Origin: Candidatus Eiseniibacteriota bacterium | Lineage (GTDB): Bacteria; Eisenbacteria; RBG-16-71-46; DASYSL01 | Length of the DNA stretch: 22,293 nucleotides | Direction of reading: 5' to 3' | Assembly (NCBI GenBank): GCA_031431875.1 | Contig: JANPEF010000098.1 | Span: 1-22,293 of the forward strand | Notes under the pieces: generated by a model | Told to the model about the DNA's origin: nothing | Databases searched by the model: none | Seen by the model: only the letters and a program-made list of their open reading frames with translations | In this document: in pieces, positions 7,438 to 16,308 of the stretch | How positions within the stretch are numbered: the stretch's first letter is position 1 | Layout of the letters: each line of letters begins with the position of its first letter | Program-made: the position numbers and the translations under genes

Positions 7438-8661
7438 ATGAGCCCTCAGCGCAGCCCGTTCGTCGCCCTTGCGTCTCCGCTCCTCGCTGTCGCGCTCCTG
7501 GCCATCGCCCTCTTCGCTGCCGCGCCCACCGTCGCCGCCCAGTCGGCGACGACGCAGAACGCGTCCCGCTTCCGGAATCCCGGCTTCGAGGACGGCGGCC
7601 TGTTCAACCCGAGCGACTGGGACACCACGGTCGCCGGTGTGCCCACCGTCCTCTTCTACTGGGATCCGGACGTGACGCACGGCGGCACGCGATCGGCCAG
7701 CATCGTCAATGCCGGCGACGCGATCCCGGTCTGGCACAACTGGAACCAGATGCTGCCGCACGCCGGCGACCTGGTCGGGCGCGACCTCGAACTCACGGTC
7801 TGGGTTCGTTCGGCGCAGATGAGCGGCGGCCGCGGCTACGTGATGCTGCAGGCCTACCGCGACACGGTGATGAACAAGGCGCTCGACGAGGGCACCACCC
7901 GCGAGCAGGCGCGCGTGACGATGGGCTACAAGTACGCCGATGATCCGCAGCTCGAGACCGGCTGGGCGCGCCAGTACTTCTCGGCCGACGTCGACGAGTG
8001 GACGGCGAAGACGGTGCGTCTGCACGTGCCGCCGACCACCAATCTGGTGATCATCCGACTCGGTATCTTCGGCAGCGGGCAGGTGTGGTTCGATGACGCG
8101 CAGCTGGCGATCAAGCCGGCGGCGACGCAGGCGCTGCCACTGGGCAAGAACCTGCTGGCCAACCCCGGATTCGAGCGGCCGCTCGACGAGTGGGAGTTCT
8201 CGATGCCGCCCACGCCGCAGGCCGCCATCGCGCGCGACTCGTCGGTCGCCCACACGGGCCGCTTCTCGGCGAGGTACACCGCACCGGTCAAGGCGGCGTT
8301 CCAGACCTACATGAACACCTGCCAGGTGTGGAACGCGCGCAACCTGTCGGGCCGCCGCGTGCGCCTGTCGGGCTGGGGCAAGACCGAGAACCTGGTCGAC
8401 AGCGCCTACCTGAGCGTGTTCTCGACCGGGCTGTACGGCGTCGCCAGCTCGCTCGCCGGAGACGCGTTCACGGGCACGCGTGACTGGTCGTTCTACTCGG
8501 TCGAGTTCGACGTGCCGAAGGACACCTACACCGTCTGGGCCCGCGCCGGCGTGCAAGCGTCGCCGGGCAAGACGTGGTGGGATGACCTCAAGTTCGAGGT
8601 GCTCGGCGCCTCGCCCAAGCCCGCCGCCAAGCCCACCCCCAAGACTTCAACGGGGCGCTGA
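7438..8661 (+). CDS. Secreted protein with two CBM_4_9-like (galactose-binding fold) domains
   Basis: Signal peptide ending VAA-Q; two repeats, NPGFE..W..HGG/HTG..GR.(L/V).L..W..W....VP....G..W(F/W)DD; Pro/Lys-rich tail. Confidence 0.75.
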   Translation: MSPQRSPFVALASPLLAVALLAIALFAAAPTVAAQSATTQNASRFRNPGFEDGGLFNPSDWDTTVAGVPTVLFYWDPDVTHGGTRSASIVNAGDAIPVWHNWNQMLPHAGDLVGRDLELTVWVRSAQMSGGRGYVMLQAYRDTVMNKALDEGTTREQARVTMGYKYADDPQLETGWARQYFSADVDEWTAKTVRLHVPPTTNLVIIRLGIFGSGQVWFDDAQLAIKPAATQALPLGKNLLANPGFERPLDEWEFSMPPTPQAAIARDSSVAHTGRFSARYTAPVKAAFQTYMNTCQVWNARNLSGRRVRLSGWGKTENLVDSAYLSVFSTGLYGVASSLAGDAFTGTRDWSFYSVEFDVPKDTYTVWARAGVQASPGKTWWDDLKFEVLGASPKPAAKPTPKTSTGR

Positions 8662-10709
8662 CGATCCCGACCGCCCTGGTCCCGCGCGTCGGACGCGAGA
8701 TCCTGTCCGACTTCGAGCGCGCCTCGCGCCTCGAGTGGCTGGTCACCAACGGGCGCGGCGGGTATGCCGCGGGCTCGGCCGTGGGGGCGGCGACTCGCCG
8801 CTACCACGGCCTTCTCGTCTCCGCGGTGCATCCCCCCATCGATCGCGTCGTGACCATCTCGCACCTCGAGGAGACACTGCAGACGCGCGATGGCGCGTTC
8901 GCGTTGTCGAGCCACCAGTGGCCGGGCGCGGTCTCTCCGCTCGGGCACCTGAACCTCGAGTTCTTCTCGGTCGATCGCCGGCCGACCTGGCGCTGGCGCA
9001 TCGGCGAGCACGTGCTCGAGAAGTCGCTGTTCATGATCCACGGTCGCGAGACGAGCCTGCTCGAGTACCGCCTGCTCGACGGCCCGGAATGCGAGCTCGA
9101 CTTGCGCCCCTTCGTCGTCATGCGCGACCACCATGCCCTGATCCGCGAGAACCGGGCGTTTCGCACCAACGCCGACGTGCTCGACGGGCGCGTGCGCCTG
9201 CGCCCGGCGATCGACCTGCCCGCGCTGTGGCTGTGCCCGAGCGCGGGGCGCTTCCTGCCGTGGCCGGTGTGGTACCAGAACTTCGAGTATGCGTTCGAGC
9301 TCGAGCGCGGCCTCGAGTTCCGTGAGGACGCGATGTCGCCGGGACCCTTCGCGGTGTCGCTCGAGCCGGGGGGGCGCTTCGTGCTCGCGCTGTCGACCGA
9401 GCCCGAGGACGGCGACCACCTGCCGCCCGCCGGCGCGGGGCTCGAACGCTTCGCCGACGCGGCGTGGGCGGTCGAGAACGCCCGGCTCGCGGAACTGGAG
9501 CGTGCGCCGACGCGAGGGCCTCGTGGCGCGGCCGAGGCCGACGAACGCCGCCTGCCCACCGACGCGCTCGCGCTCCTGGCCCGCGCGGCGGACCAGTTCC
9601 TGGTCGAGGGCGGGCATGGCCCGACCGTGATCGCCGGCTACCCGTGGTTCACCGCCTGGGGCCGCGACACGATGATCGCGCTGCCCGGCCTGCTGCGCGC
9701 GACCGGTCGACTCGACGCGGCGCGCGGCATCCTCGGCACCTTTGCGCCGTTCATCGCCGACGGCCTGCTGCCCAACCGCTTCCCCGAGGGCCAGGGTGGG
9801 GAGCCCGAGTACGACACGATCGACGCCGGGCTGTGGTTCGCCGTCGCCGCCGACGCCTACGTGACGCAATCCGACGACAATGCGTTCCTCGACGCGGTGC
9901 TCGCTCCCGCGCTCGACTCGATCCTCGCAGGCTACGCCGCCGGAACACGCTTCGGCATCCGCGCCGCGGCGGACGGCCTGATCGAGGGCGGCGCGGACGG
10001 GCTCGCGCTCACCTGGATGGATGCGAAGATCGACGGCCGGGCGGTCACGCCGCGCCGCGGCAAGGCGGTCGAGATCAATGCCCTGTGGCACAACGCGTGG
10101 GACACGCAGGCGCGCTGGTGCGAGCGCCGCGGCCGCGCCGCCGAGGCGCAGGCCGCCCGCGATCGCGCGGCGGCGATTCGCGCCGCGTTCGCGGCCGCAT
10201 TCTGGAGCCCGGCGCTGGGGTGGCTCGCCGACGTGGTCGACGGCCTCGGCCCCGACCCGGCGCTGCGCCCGAACCAGCTCTACGCAATCGGGCTGCCCGC
10301 GCCGTGCGTCGACAGTGCGATCGCCGCGCGCGTGCTGGAGGCGGTCGAGCGGCGGTTGCTGGCGCCGCATGGCCTGCGCACGCTCGCGCCGGGCGACGCG
10401 GCCTACCGCCCCTTCTACACGGGCGCCCCGCCCGTGCGCGACGAGGGATACCACAACGGCGTGGTCTGGCCGTTCCTGCTCGGCCCCTACCTGAATGCGC
10501 ACTTCCGCGTGCGCGGCCGCTCCGCCACGACGCGCGACCATGCCCGTCGTGTCGTCGCGCCGCTGGTGCACCACATGGCGCACGACGGCTGCCTCGGATC
10601 GATCTCGGAGGTGTTCGACGGCGATGCGCCGTTCACGCCGCGCGGCGGCTTCGCCCAGGCGTGGAGCGTGGCCGAGCTGGCGCGGGTGTGGATCGAGGAA
10701 GATCTGTAG
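8658..10709 (+). CDS. Amylo-alpha-1,6-glucosidase / glycogen debranching enzyme (GDE_N + GDE_C)
   Basis: EWLVTNGRGGYA (from 8733), TRRYHGLL, VIAGYPWF..WGRDTMIALPGL, GLLPNRFP, LTWMDAK..PRRGKAVEINALW, LRPNQL, YHNGVVWP, QAWSVAE. Start is uncertain; CTG 8658 is proposed. Confidence 0.93.
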   Translation: MTIPTALVPRVGREILSDFERASRLEWLVTNGRGGYAAGSAVGAATRRYHGLLVSAVHPPIDRVVTISHLEETLQTRDGAFALSSHQWPGAVSPLGHLNLEFFSVDRRPTWRWRIGEHVLEKSLFMIHGRETSLLEYRLLDGPECELDLRPFVVMRDHHALIRENRAFRTNADVLDGRVRLRPAIDLPALWLCPSAGRFLPWPVWYQNFEYAFELERGLEFREDAMSPGPFAVSLEPGGRFVLALSTEPEDGDHLPPAGAGLERFADAAWAVENARLAELERAPTRGPRGAAEADERRLPTDALALLARAADQFLVEGGHGPTVIAGYPWFTAWGRDTMIALPGLLRATGRLDAARGILGTFAPFIADGLLPNRFPEGQGGEPEYDTIDAGLWFAVAADAYVTQSDDNAFLDAVLAPALDSILAGYAAGTRFGIRAAADGLIEGGADGLALTWMDAKIDGRAVTPRRGKAVEINALWHNAWDTQARWCERRGRAAEAQAARDRAAAIRAAFAAAFWSPALGWLADVVDGLGPDPALRPNQLYAIGLPAPCVDSAIAARVLEAVERRLLAPHGLRTLAPGDAAYRPFYTGAPPVRDEGYHNGVVWPFLLGPYLNAHFRVRGRSATTRDHARRVVAPLVHHMAHDGCLGSISEVFDGDAPFTPRGGFAQAWSVAELARVWIEEDL

Positions 10710-10712
10710 CTC

Positions 10713-11507
10713 CTAGAACTGCCGGCGCAACCACATCCCCAGCGGCTGGTCCGCCGCCGTCAGGATCTTCACCGTCGTCGCCAGCGCCATCAGCACGAGT
10801 AGCGGGCGGATCAGCCGCGCGCCCCACGTGATCGCCGCGCGCGAGCCCAGCCACGCGCCCAGCACCTGCCCCGCGACCATCACCAGCCCCGCCGTCCACA
10901 CGATCTCGCCGCCGAACAGGAAGACGCCGAAGGCCGCGCCGTTGCTCGCCACGTTGAGGAGCCGCGCGTGCGCGGTGGCACGGCGCAGCCCCAGGCCGAG
11001 CAGACCAACCAGCGCGAGCGTGAAGAACGAGCCCGCTCCCGGCCCGAAGAAACCGTCGTAGAAGCCGATCGCCGTCACGGGCAGGAGCGCGAACCACGTC
11101 ATCGACAGGCGCGGCGGGGTCTCGTGATCGGCGACGCGCGGCGAGAACAGGAAGTAGAGCGACGCGCCGACCAGGAGCACGGGGATGATCGCCCGCGCCA
11201 CGCCAGGGTCGACGTGGCTCACCACCAGCGCGCCGGCAAGCCCGCTGAGAGCCGCCGTGGCGACCGCCGGGGCAAACGTGCGCAGCTCGAGGTGGCCCGC
11301 CCGGCCGAACGTGAGCGTCGAGGCGAGGGCGCCGGCGAAGCCCTGGAGCTTGTTCGTGGCCAGGGCGGGGACGGGCGGCAGTCCCGCCCACAGCAACGCG
11401 GGGATGGTCACGAGACCGCCACCGCCGGCCACGGCGTCGACGAATCCGGCGGTCATGGCCGCGAGGAAGAGGAGTCCGAGCGTTTGGGGAGTCACGTCGA
11501 GCGCCAC
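10713..11507 (-). CDS. TSUP (TauE/SafE, YfcA-like) membrane transporter
   Basis: AGFVDAVAGGGGLVTIPALL, ALATNKLQ, GFYDGFFGPGAGSF, LIRPLLV. Start is GTG 11507 or GTG 11495. Confidence 0.92.
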   Translation of the reverse strand: MALDVTPQTLGLLFLAAMTAGFVDAVAGGGGLVTIPALLWAGLPPVPALATNKLQGFAGALASTLTFGRAGHLELRTFAPAVATAALSGLAGALVVSHVDPGVARAIIPVLLVGASLYFLFSPRVADHETPPRLSMTWFALLPVTAIGFYDGFFGPGAGSFFTLALVGLLGLGLRRATAHARLLNVASNGAAFGVFLFGGEIVWTAGLVMVAGQVLGAWLGSRAAITWGARLIRPLLVLMALATTVKILTAADQPLGMWLRRQF

Positions 11508-11587
11508 CGTACAGGGGCCGCCGACGCGGCGCCACCGCGACGACACAACGGCGTGAGGACGGCGTCGCGCGGACCGCGTCTCTCGGC

Positions 11588-11593
11588 TAGAAT
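11588..11593 (+). promoter_or_regulatory. Putative -10 element (TAGAAT) of the CDP-sugar operon
   Basis: ctcggcTAGAAT in the divergent intergenic region, 21 nt before the rfbF GTG. Confidence 0.55.
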
Positions 11594-11614
11594 GCGGCCC
11601 ATGCAGGACACCCC

Positions 11615-12388
11615 GTGAAAGTCATCCTCCTTGCCGGCGGTCTGGGCACGCGCCTGGCCGAAGAAACCTCCGTGCGCCCCAAGCCCATGGTCGAGATCGG
11701 CGGCCAGCCGATCCTGTGGCACATCATGAAGGGCTATGCGCACCACGGCTTCTCCGAGTTCATCGTCGCGCTGGGCTATCGCGGCGACGTGATCAAGGAG
11801 TGGTTTCTCCGTCAGAACGAGCTGATGAACGACCTTACCGTGGACCTGTCGAAGGGTGTCACGACCGTGCACTCGTCGCGCCAGCCGGGCTGGCGCGTCC
11901 ACCTGGTCGACACCGGCGCCGAGACGATGACGGGCGGCCGCATCCGCCGCCTGCGCCAGTGGATCGGCGACGAGACGTTCATGGCGACGTATGGCGACGG
12001 CGTCGGGGACGTCGACCTGCCGGCGCTGCTGGCGTTCCACAAGAAACACGGCAAGCTGGCGACCGTCACCGGCGTCCATCCGCCGACGCGCTTCGGCCTG
12101 CTCGGCCTGACCGGCGACCAGGTGACGCACTTCGAGGAGAAGCCCGCCGGCGCCGAGGGCTGGGTCAACGGCGGCTTCTTCGTGTTCGAGCCCGGCGTGT
12201 TCGACGTCATCGAGGGCGACCACGAACCGCTCGAGCGCGGGCCGATGGAGCGCCTCACCCGCAGCGGCCAGCTCATGGCGTACCTGCACAAGGGTTTCTG
12301 GCAGCCCATGGACACGCTGCGCGAGAAGCAGGAGCTGGAGCGGTTGTGGGCAAGCGGCCGCGCGCCGTGGAAGGTCTGGGAGTCGTGA
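11615..12388 (+). CDS. rfbF: Glucose-1-phosphate cytidylyltransferase
   Basis: ILLAGGLGTRLAEET..RPKPMVEIG..PILWHIMK, VDTGAETMTGGRI, TYGDGV, VNGGFFV, HKGFWQPMDTLREK, APWKVW. Confidence 0.96.
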   Translation: MKVILLAGGLGTRLAEETSVRPKPMVEIGGQPILWHIMKGYAHHGFSEFIVALGYRGDVIKEWFLRQNELMNDLTVDLSKGVTTVHSSRQPGWRVHLVDTGAETMTGGRIRRLRQWIGDETFMATYGDGVGDVDLPALLAFHKKHGKLATVTGVHPPTRFGLLGLTGDQVTHFEEKPAGAEGWVNGGFFVFEPGVFDVIEGDHEPLERGPMERLTRSGQLMAYLHKGFWQPMDTLREKQELERLWASGRAPWKVWES

Positions 12389-13425
12389 AGGTCGTCGTCA
12401 CCGGCAACCTGGGTTATGTCGGCACCGTGCTCACGCCCCTGCTGGTCGCCCGCGGCCACGAGGTGCGCGGCCTCGACACGGGCTACTACGGCGACTGCAT
12501 TCTCGGGCCGGTCGACGAGACGAGCGTCGCGCAGCAGATCAACCGCGACCTGCGCGCCGTCGAGCGCGCCGACCTGGTCGGCGCCGACGCGATCGTCCAC
12601 CTGGGCGCGCTGTCGAACGACCCCATCGGCGAGCTCGACCCGAAGCTGACCGCCGACATCAACACGGGCGCCTCGATCCGCCTGGCCCAACTCGCCCGCG
12701 ACGCGGGCGTGCGCCGCTTCATCTTCGCCTCCTCGTGCAGCATCTACGGCGCGAGCGGCGGCCGGCAGCTCGACGAGGACTCGCCGATGAACCCGCTCAC
12801 CGCCTACGCGCGCTCCAAGGTCGACACCGAGGTCGCGCTGCGGGCCATGGCCGGCGACGGCTTCTCGCCCGTGTTCCTGCGCAACGGCACGGCGTACGGT
12901 TACTCGCCGCGCCTGCGCGTCGACATCGTGGTCAACAACCTGGTCGCCTGGGCGGTCACCACCGGCAAGGTCGCGCTGGCCAGCGACGGCCGAGCCTGGC
13001 GCCCGCTGGTCCACGTCGAGGACATGGGCCGGGCCATGATCGCGGCCCTCGAGGCCGACGCGCGCCGTGTCCACGGCGAGGCGTTCAACATTGGCCGTGA
13101 GGCCGACAACCGGCAGATCCGCGACGTCGCCAACGCCGTCGCCGCCGCCGTTCCCGGCAGCATCGTCACGTTCGCCGAGGGCGCGGTGTCCGACGCGCGT
13201 GACTACAACGTGAGTTTCGCCCGCGTGCGCGCGGCGCTGCCCGCGTTCAAGCCGCAGTGGTCCGTCGAGTCGGGCATCGTCCAGCTGCGCGACGCCTACC
13301 GGAAATTCGAGCTGAGCTACGAGCGATTCGACGGCCGCGAGTTCACCCGCCTGAAGCAACTTCTCCACCTGCGTCGCCTGGGGCGGCTCGACGAGGACCT
13401 GAGCTGGACGGGCCCCTCCGCCTGA
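12385..13425 (+). CDS. Extended SDR nucleotide-sugar epimerase/oxidoreductase (not a canonical RfbG)
   Basis: GTGA overlap with rfbF; TGNLGYVG, HLGALSNDP, ASSCSIYG, YARSK, LRNGTAYG.SPRLR.D, WRPLVHVED. Confidence 0.9.
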   Translation: MKVVVTGNLGYVGTVLTPLLVARGHEVRGLDTGYYGDCILGPVDETSVAQQINRDLRAVERADLVGADAIVHLGALSNDPIGELDPKLTADINTGASIRLAQLARDAGVRRFIFASSCSIYGASGGRQLDEDSPMNPLTAYARSKVDTEVALRAMAGDGFSPVFLRNGTAYGYSPRLRVDIVVNNLVAWAVTTGKVALASDGRAWRPLVHVEDMGRAMIAALEADARRVHGEAFNIGREADNRQIRDVANAVAAAVPGSIVTFAEGAVSDARDYNVSFARVRAALPAFKPQWSVESGIVQLRDAYRKFELSYERFDGREFTRLKQLLHLRRLGRLDEDLSWTGPSA

Positions 13426-13450
13426 AATTGTCCGACCCCGAGGACCTGCG

Positions 13451-13981
13451 ATGATCTTCACCGAGACTCCGCTCGCCGGCGCGTTCGTGATCGCGCTCGA
13501 GACCAAGGACGACGAGCGCGGCTTCTTCGCCCGCGCCTTCTGCCAGAACGAGCTCGCCGAGCACGGTCTCGAGACGACCGTGGCGCAGGCGAACCTGTCG
13601 TTCAATCACAAGCGGGGCACGCTGCGCGGGCTGCACATGCAGAATCCGCCGCACGGTGAGGACAAGCTGGTGCGCTGCATCACCGGCGCCATCTACGACG
13701 CGATCGTCGACCTGCGCCCCGGCTCGCCCACCTACCGACAGTGGTTCGGCGTCGAGCTGTCGGCGGCGAACCGGCTCATGCTCTACGTGCCCAAGGGCTT
13801 CGCCCACGGCTACCAGTCGCTGACCGACGGCAGCGAGGTCCTCTACATGGTCACGCAGTTCTACACGCCCGGCGCCGAGCGCGGCCTGCGCTGGAACGAC
13901 CCGGCCTTCGGGGTCGCCTGGCCGCTGCCGGATCCCATCCTCTCGGAGAAGGACGCCGCGGCCCCGGACTTCACGCCGTGA
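13451..13981 (+). CDS. rfbC: NDP-4-keto-sugar 3,5-epimerase (RmlC/RfbC cupin)
   Basis: DERGFFAR, GTLRGLH, KLVRC..GAIYD..VDLRPGSPT, LYVPKGFAHGYQSL, GLRWNDP, LSEKD. Confidence 0.93.
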   Translation: MIFTETPLAGAFVIALETKDDERGFFARAFCQNELAEHGLETTVAQANLSFNHKRGTLRGLHMQNPPHGEDKLVRCITGAIYDAIVDLRPGSPTYRQWFGVELSAANRLMLYVPKGFAHGYQSLTDGSEVLYMVTQFYTPGAERGLRWNDPAFGVAWPLPDPILSEKDAAAPDFTP

Positions 13982-14907
13982 AGGCGCTGGTCACTGGCGG
14001 CACCGGGTTCATCGGCTCGCAGGTCGTGCGGGCGCTGCTCGCCGCGGGGCACGACGTCCGCGTCGTCGCCCGCGACGGCGCCTCGCGCGCCAGGCTTGAC
14101 GACGTCGCGGGGCGTCTCGAGTGGGTGAGCGCGGACCTGTTCGCAGGCGCCGACGACGACGCGGCGGTGGCGAGGGCCGCGGAGCTCGCGCATGGCGTCG
14201 CTGTCTGCGTCCATGCGGCGTGGTACGCGGTGCCTGGCAAGTACCTTGAGGCGAGCGAGAACCTGGCGTGTGTCACAGGCTCGCTCGCGCTGCTGAGGGG
14301 GCTCTGCGTTGCGCGCGTTCCGCGCGCGATCTATATAGGCACTTGTTTCGAGTACGACTTCGACTTCGGCTGGCTCTCCGAGGACACGCCGACGCGCCCC
14401 GCCAGCCTGTACGCCGCGGCCAAGTGTGCGACCCGGCTCATGGGCGAGCCCCTGGCACAGGCCGGCGGCATCGAGTTCGCGTGGGTGCGGCCGTTCTACC
14501 AGTACGGGCCGCACGAGGATGCGCGGCGGCTCGTCCCCTACGTGATCGACACGCTGCTGGCGGGCAAGGAAGCGGGCGTGACGCGCGGGCTGCAGGTGCG
14601 CGACTTCCTGCACGTCGCCGACGTCGGCGCGGCCATCGCCGCGGTGGCGACCACGAAGGGGCTCACGGGTGCGGTCAACATCGGCTCCGGCCGGCCGGTG
14701 ACGGTGCGCGAGATCGTGGCCACGATCGCCGACGTGCTGGGCTGCCCGGAGAAGGTGAAGTTCGGCGCGCGGCCCGACAACCCGACCGATCCCCCGTTCA
14801 TCTGCGCCGACACGCGCCGCCTGGTCCAAGCGACCGGCTTCGCGCCGCACTTCGACCTGGCGACCGGCCTCGCCGACACGATCGCCTGGCGGCGCGCCCA
14901 CCCGTGA
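13978..14907 (+). CDS. NAD(P)-dependent nucleotide-sugar reductase/epimerase (extended SDR)
   Basis: GTGA overlap; TGGTGFIG, HAAW, GTCFEY, YAAAK, RPFYQYGPHED, QVRDFLHVAD, NIGSG. Confidence 0.9.
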   Translation: MKALVTGGTGFIGSQVVRALLAAGHDVRVVARDGASRARLDDVAGRLEWVSADLFAGADDDAAVARAAELAHGVAVCVHAAWYAVPGKYLEASENLACVTGSLALLRGLCVARVPRAIYIGTCFEYDFDFGWLSEDTPTRPASLYAAAKCATRLMGEPLAQAGGIEFAWVRPFYQYGPHEDARRLVPYVIDTLLAGKEAGVTRGLQVRDFLHVADVGAAIAAVATTKGLTGAVNIGSGRPVTVREIVATIADVLGCPEKVKFGARPDNPTDPPFICADTRRLVQATGFAPHFDLATGLADTIAWRRAHP

Positions 14908-15884
14908 TCACGGTCGGCATCCCGGTCTACAACCGGGCGTCGCTGGTCAAGATCGCCGTCGAGTCGGCGCTGCGCCAGCCGCAATCGGCTGACGAGCTCG
15001 AGATCCTGGTCGTCGACAACGCTTCGACCGACGGCACGTGGGAGGTGCTGAACGGCTACAGGGATCCGCGTCTGCGCGTGGTGCGCAACGACCGCAACCT
15101 GGGCCTGTTCGGCAACTTCAATCGCTGCCTGTTCCTCGCCCGCGGCGAATCCGTGCTCACGCTGTGCTCCGACGACAAGCTCAGCGACGGCTTCCTCGAG
15201 CCGGCGCGGCGGCTGCTCGAAGCGCGGCCCGACGTGGCGATCGTCAGTTCGCGCGGCCGTGCCACCGACGAGGTCAACGGCACGTCCTTCGCCCTGGGCA
15301 ACACGCTGCCGGCGGGTGTGTACGACCCGCAGGATGCGATCGTCGCCGCGCTGTGGGCCCTGGCGACGTACTTCCACAATCCATTCAACTATCCGTCGGG
15401 GCTGCTGGTGCGCACGGCGGTCGCGCAGGCGAAGGGCGGGATGGACGAGGTGCTGGGCTTCGCCGCGGACGTGAAGCTCTACCTGTCGATGCTCGAGGAC
15501 CACGGCCTCGCCATCCTCGATCGGCCGGGCTGCGAGGTGCTGGTCCACACGGGCGCGCAGGCGATCAAGTCGTTCGGCGATCCGCGCTGGGTGCGCGAGT
15601 TCGTCGCGCTGTTCGATCCGTACACTGCGCTACTCGCGGAACGCGGAGTCGACGAGTACGTCCGCTCCCACCTGGGTGGTTACCTGCTGGGGACCACCGT
15701 GCGTCGCCGCGTGCGCGGAGAACGCCTGATCGCCGAGAACTTCCACTCCGAGTTCCGTCGCCGCGGTTATCCGCTCCTGCCGTCGCTCGTCGCGCTCGCC
15801 GACAGCGTGCAGAAGCGCGCCCGCCTGCGCCGCGAGGGCCCGACGTCGAGCCCGGTGCCGGTGCGGCCGCAACCGCTGCCCTAG
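14904..15884 (+). CDS. Family 2 glycosyltransferase
   Basis: GTGA overlap; ITVGIPVYNR, ILVVDNASTDGT, RNDRNLGLFGNFNRCL..ARGE, CSDD. Confidence 0.92.
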   Translation: MITVGIPVYNRASLVKIAVESALRQPQSADELEILVVDNASTDGTWEVLNGYRDPRLRVVRNDRNLGLFGNFNRCLFLARGESVLTLCSDDKLSDGFLEPARRLLEARPDVAIVSSRGRATDEVNGTSFALGNTLPAGVYDPQDAIVAALWALATYFHNPFNYPSGLLVRTAVAQAKGGMDEVLGFAADVKLYLSMLEDHGLAILDRPGCEVLVHTGAQAIKSFGDPRWVREFVALFDPYTALLAERGVDEYVRSHLGGYLLGTTVRRRVRGERLIAENFHSEFRRRGYPLLPSLVALADSVQKRARLRREGPTSSPVPVRPQPLP

Positions 15885-16276
15885 CTTCCCCCACGATCCT
15901 CCGTCTCCACCTCGATCGCGAACGAGCACGTGGCGCACGTGGTGCGCACGTCCTTGCCGAACGGTCCCTTGGCCTCAAACCTGCGCGGCTCGACGCAGCG
16001 TGGGCAGGTGCCCGTCAGCGCCACGATCGAGGCGTGCTCGCGCAGGCGACGCAGGGCGAAGATCGGCGCGGCGATGAGGAATCCCGGGACCAGCACGAAG
16101 TGGGCGATGGGCAGGAGCACGGAGAGAGCGGCCAGAACGACGCACATGCCGGCGGCGCGCAGGGCGCGTCCCCCGCGTTCGGCGGCGTCGCGGGTGCGCA
16201 CGCGGGCCGTGCCGTCCTGCCGGGGCATGCCGAAGATATGGAGCCGTACCGGGACGTCGTGTTCGATCGAGGCCAC
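15881..16276 (-). CDS. Small hypothetical membrane protein with a C-terminal zinc ribbon
   Basis: GGAGG 5 nt before GTG 16276; hydrophobic hairpin CVVLAALSVLLPIAHFVLVPGFLIAAPIFAL; CPRC...CATC. Confidence 0.75.
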   Translation of the reverse strand: MASIEHDVPVRLHIFGMPRQDGTARVRTRDAAERGGRALRAAGMCVVLAALSVLLPIAHFVLVPGFLIAAPIFALRRLREHASIVALTGTCPRCVEPRRFEAKGPFGKDVRTTCATCSFAIEVETEDRGGS

Positions 16277-16308
16277 CGCTTCCTCCGGACTCTCGACCCC
16301 CCCGTCGC

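Noticed and set aside
12385..13425. Assigning rfbG or rmlB
   Set aside because: It lacks the GHTGFKG/SDK or TDE signatures, so no gene symbol is given.
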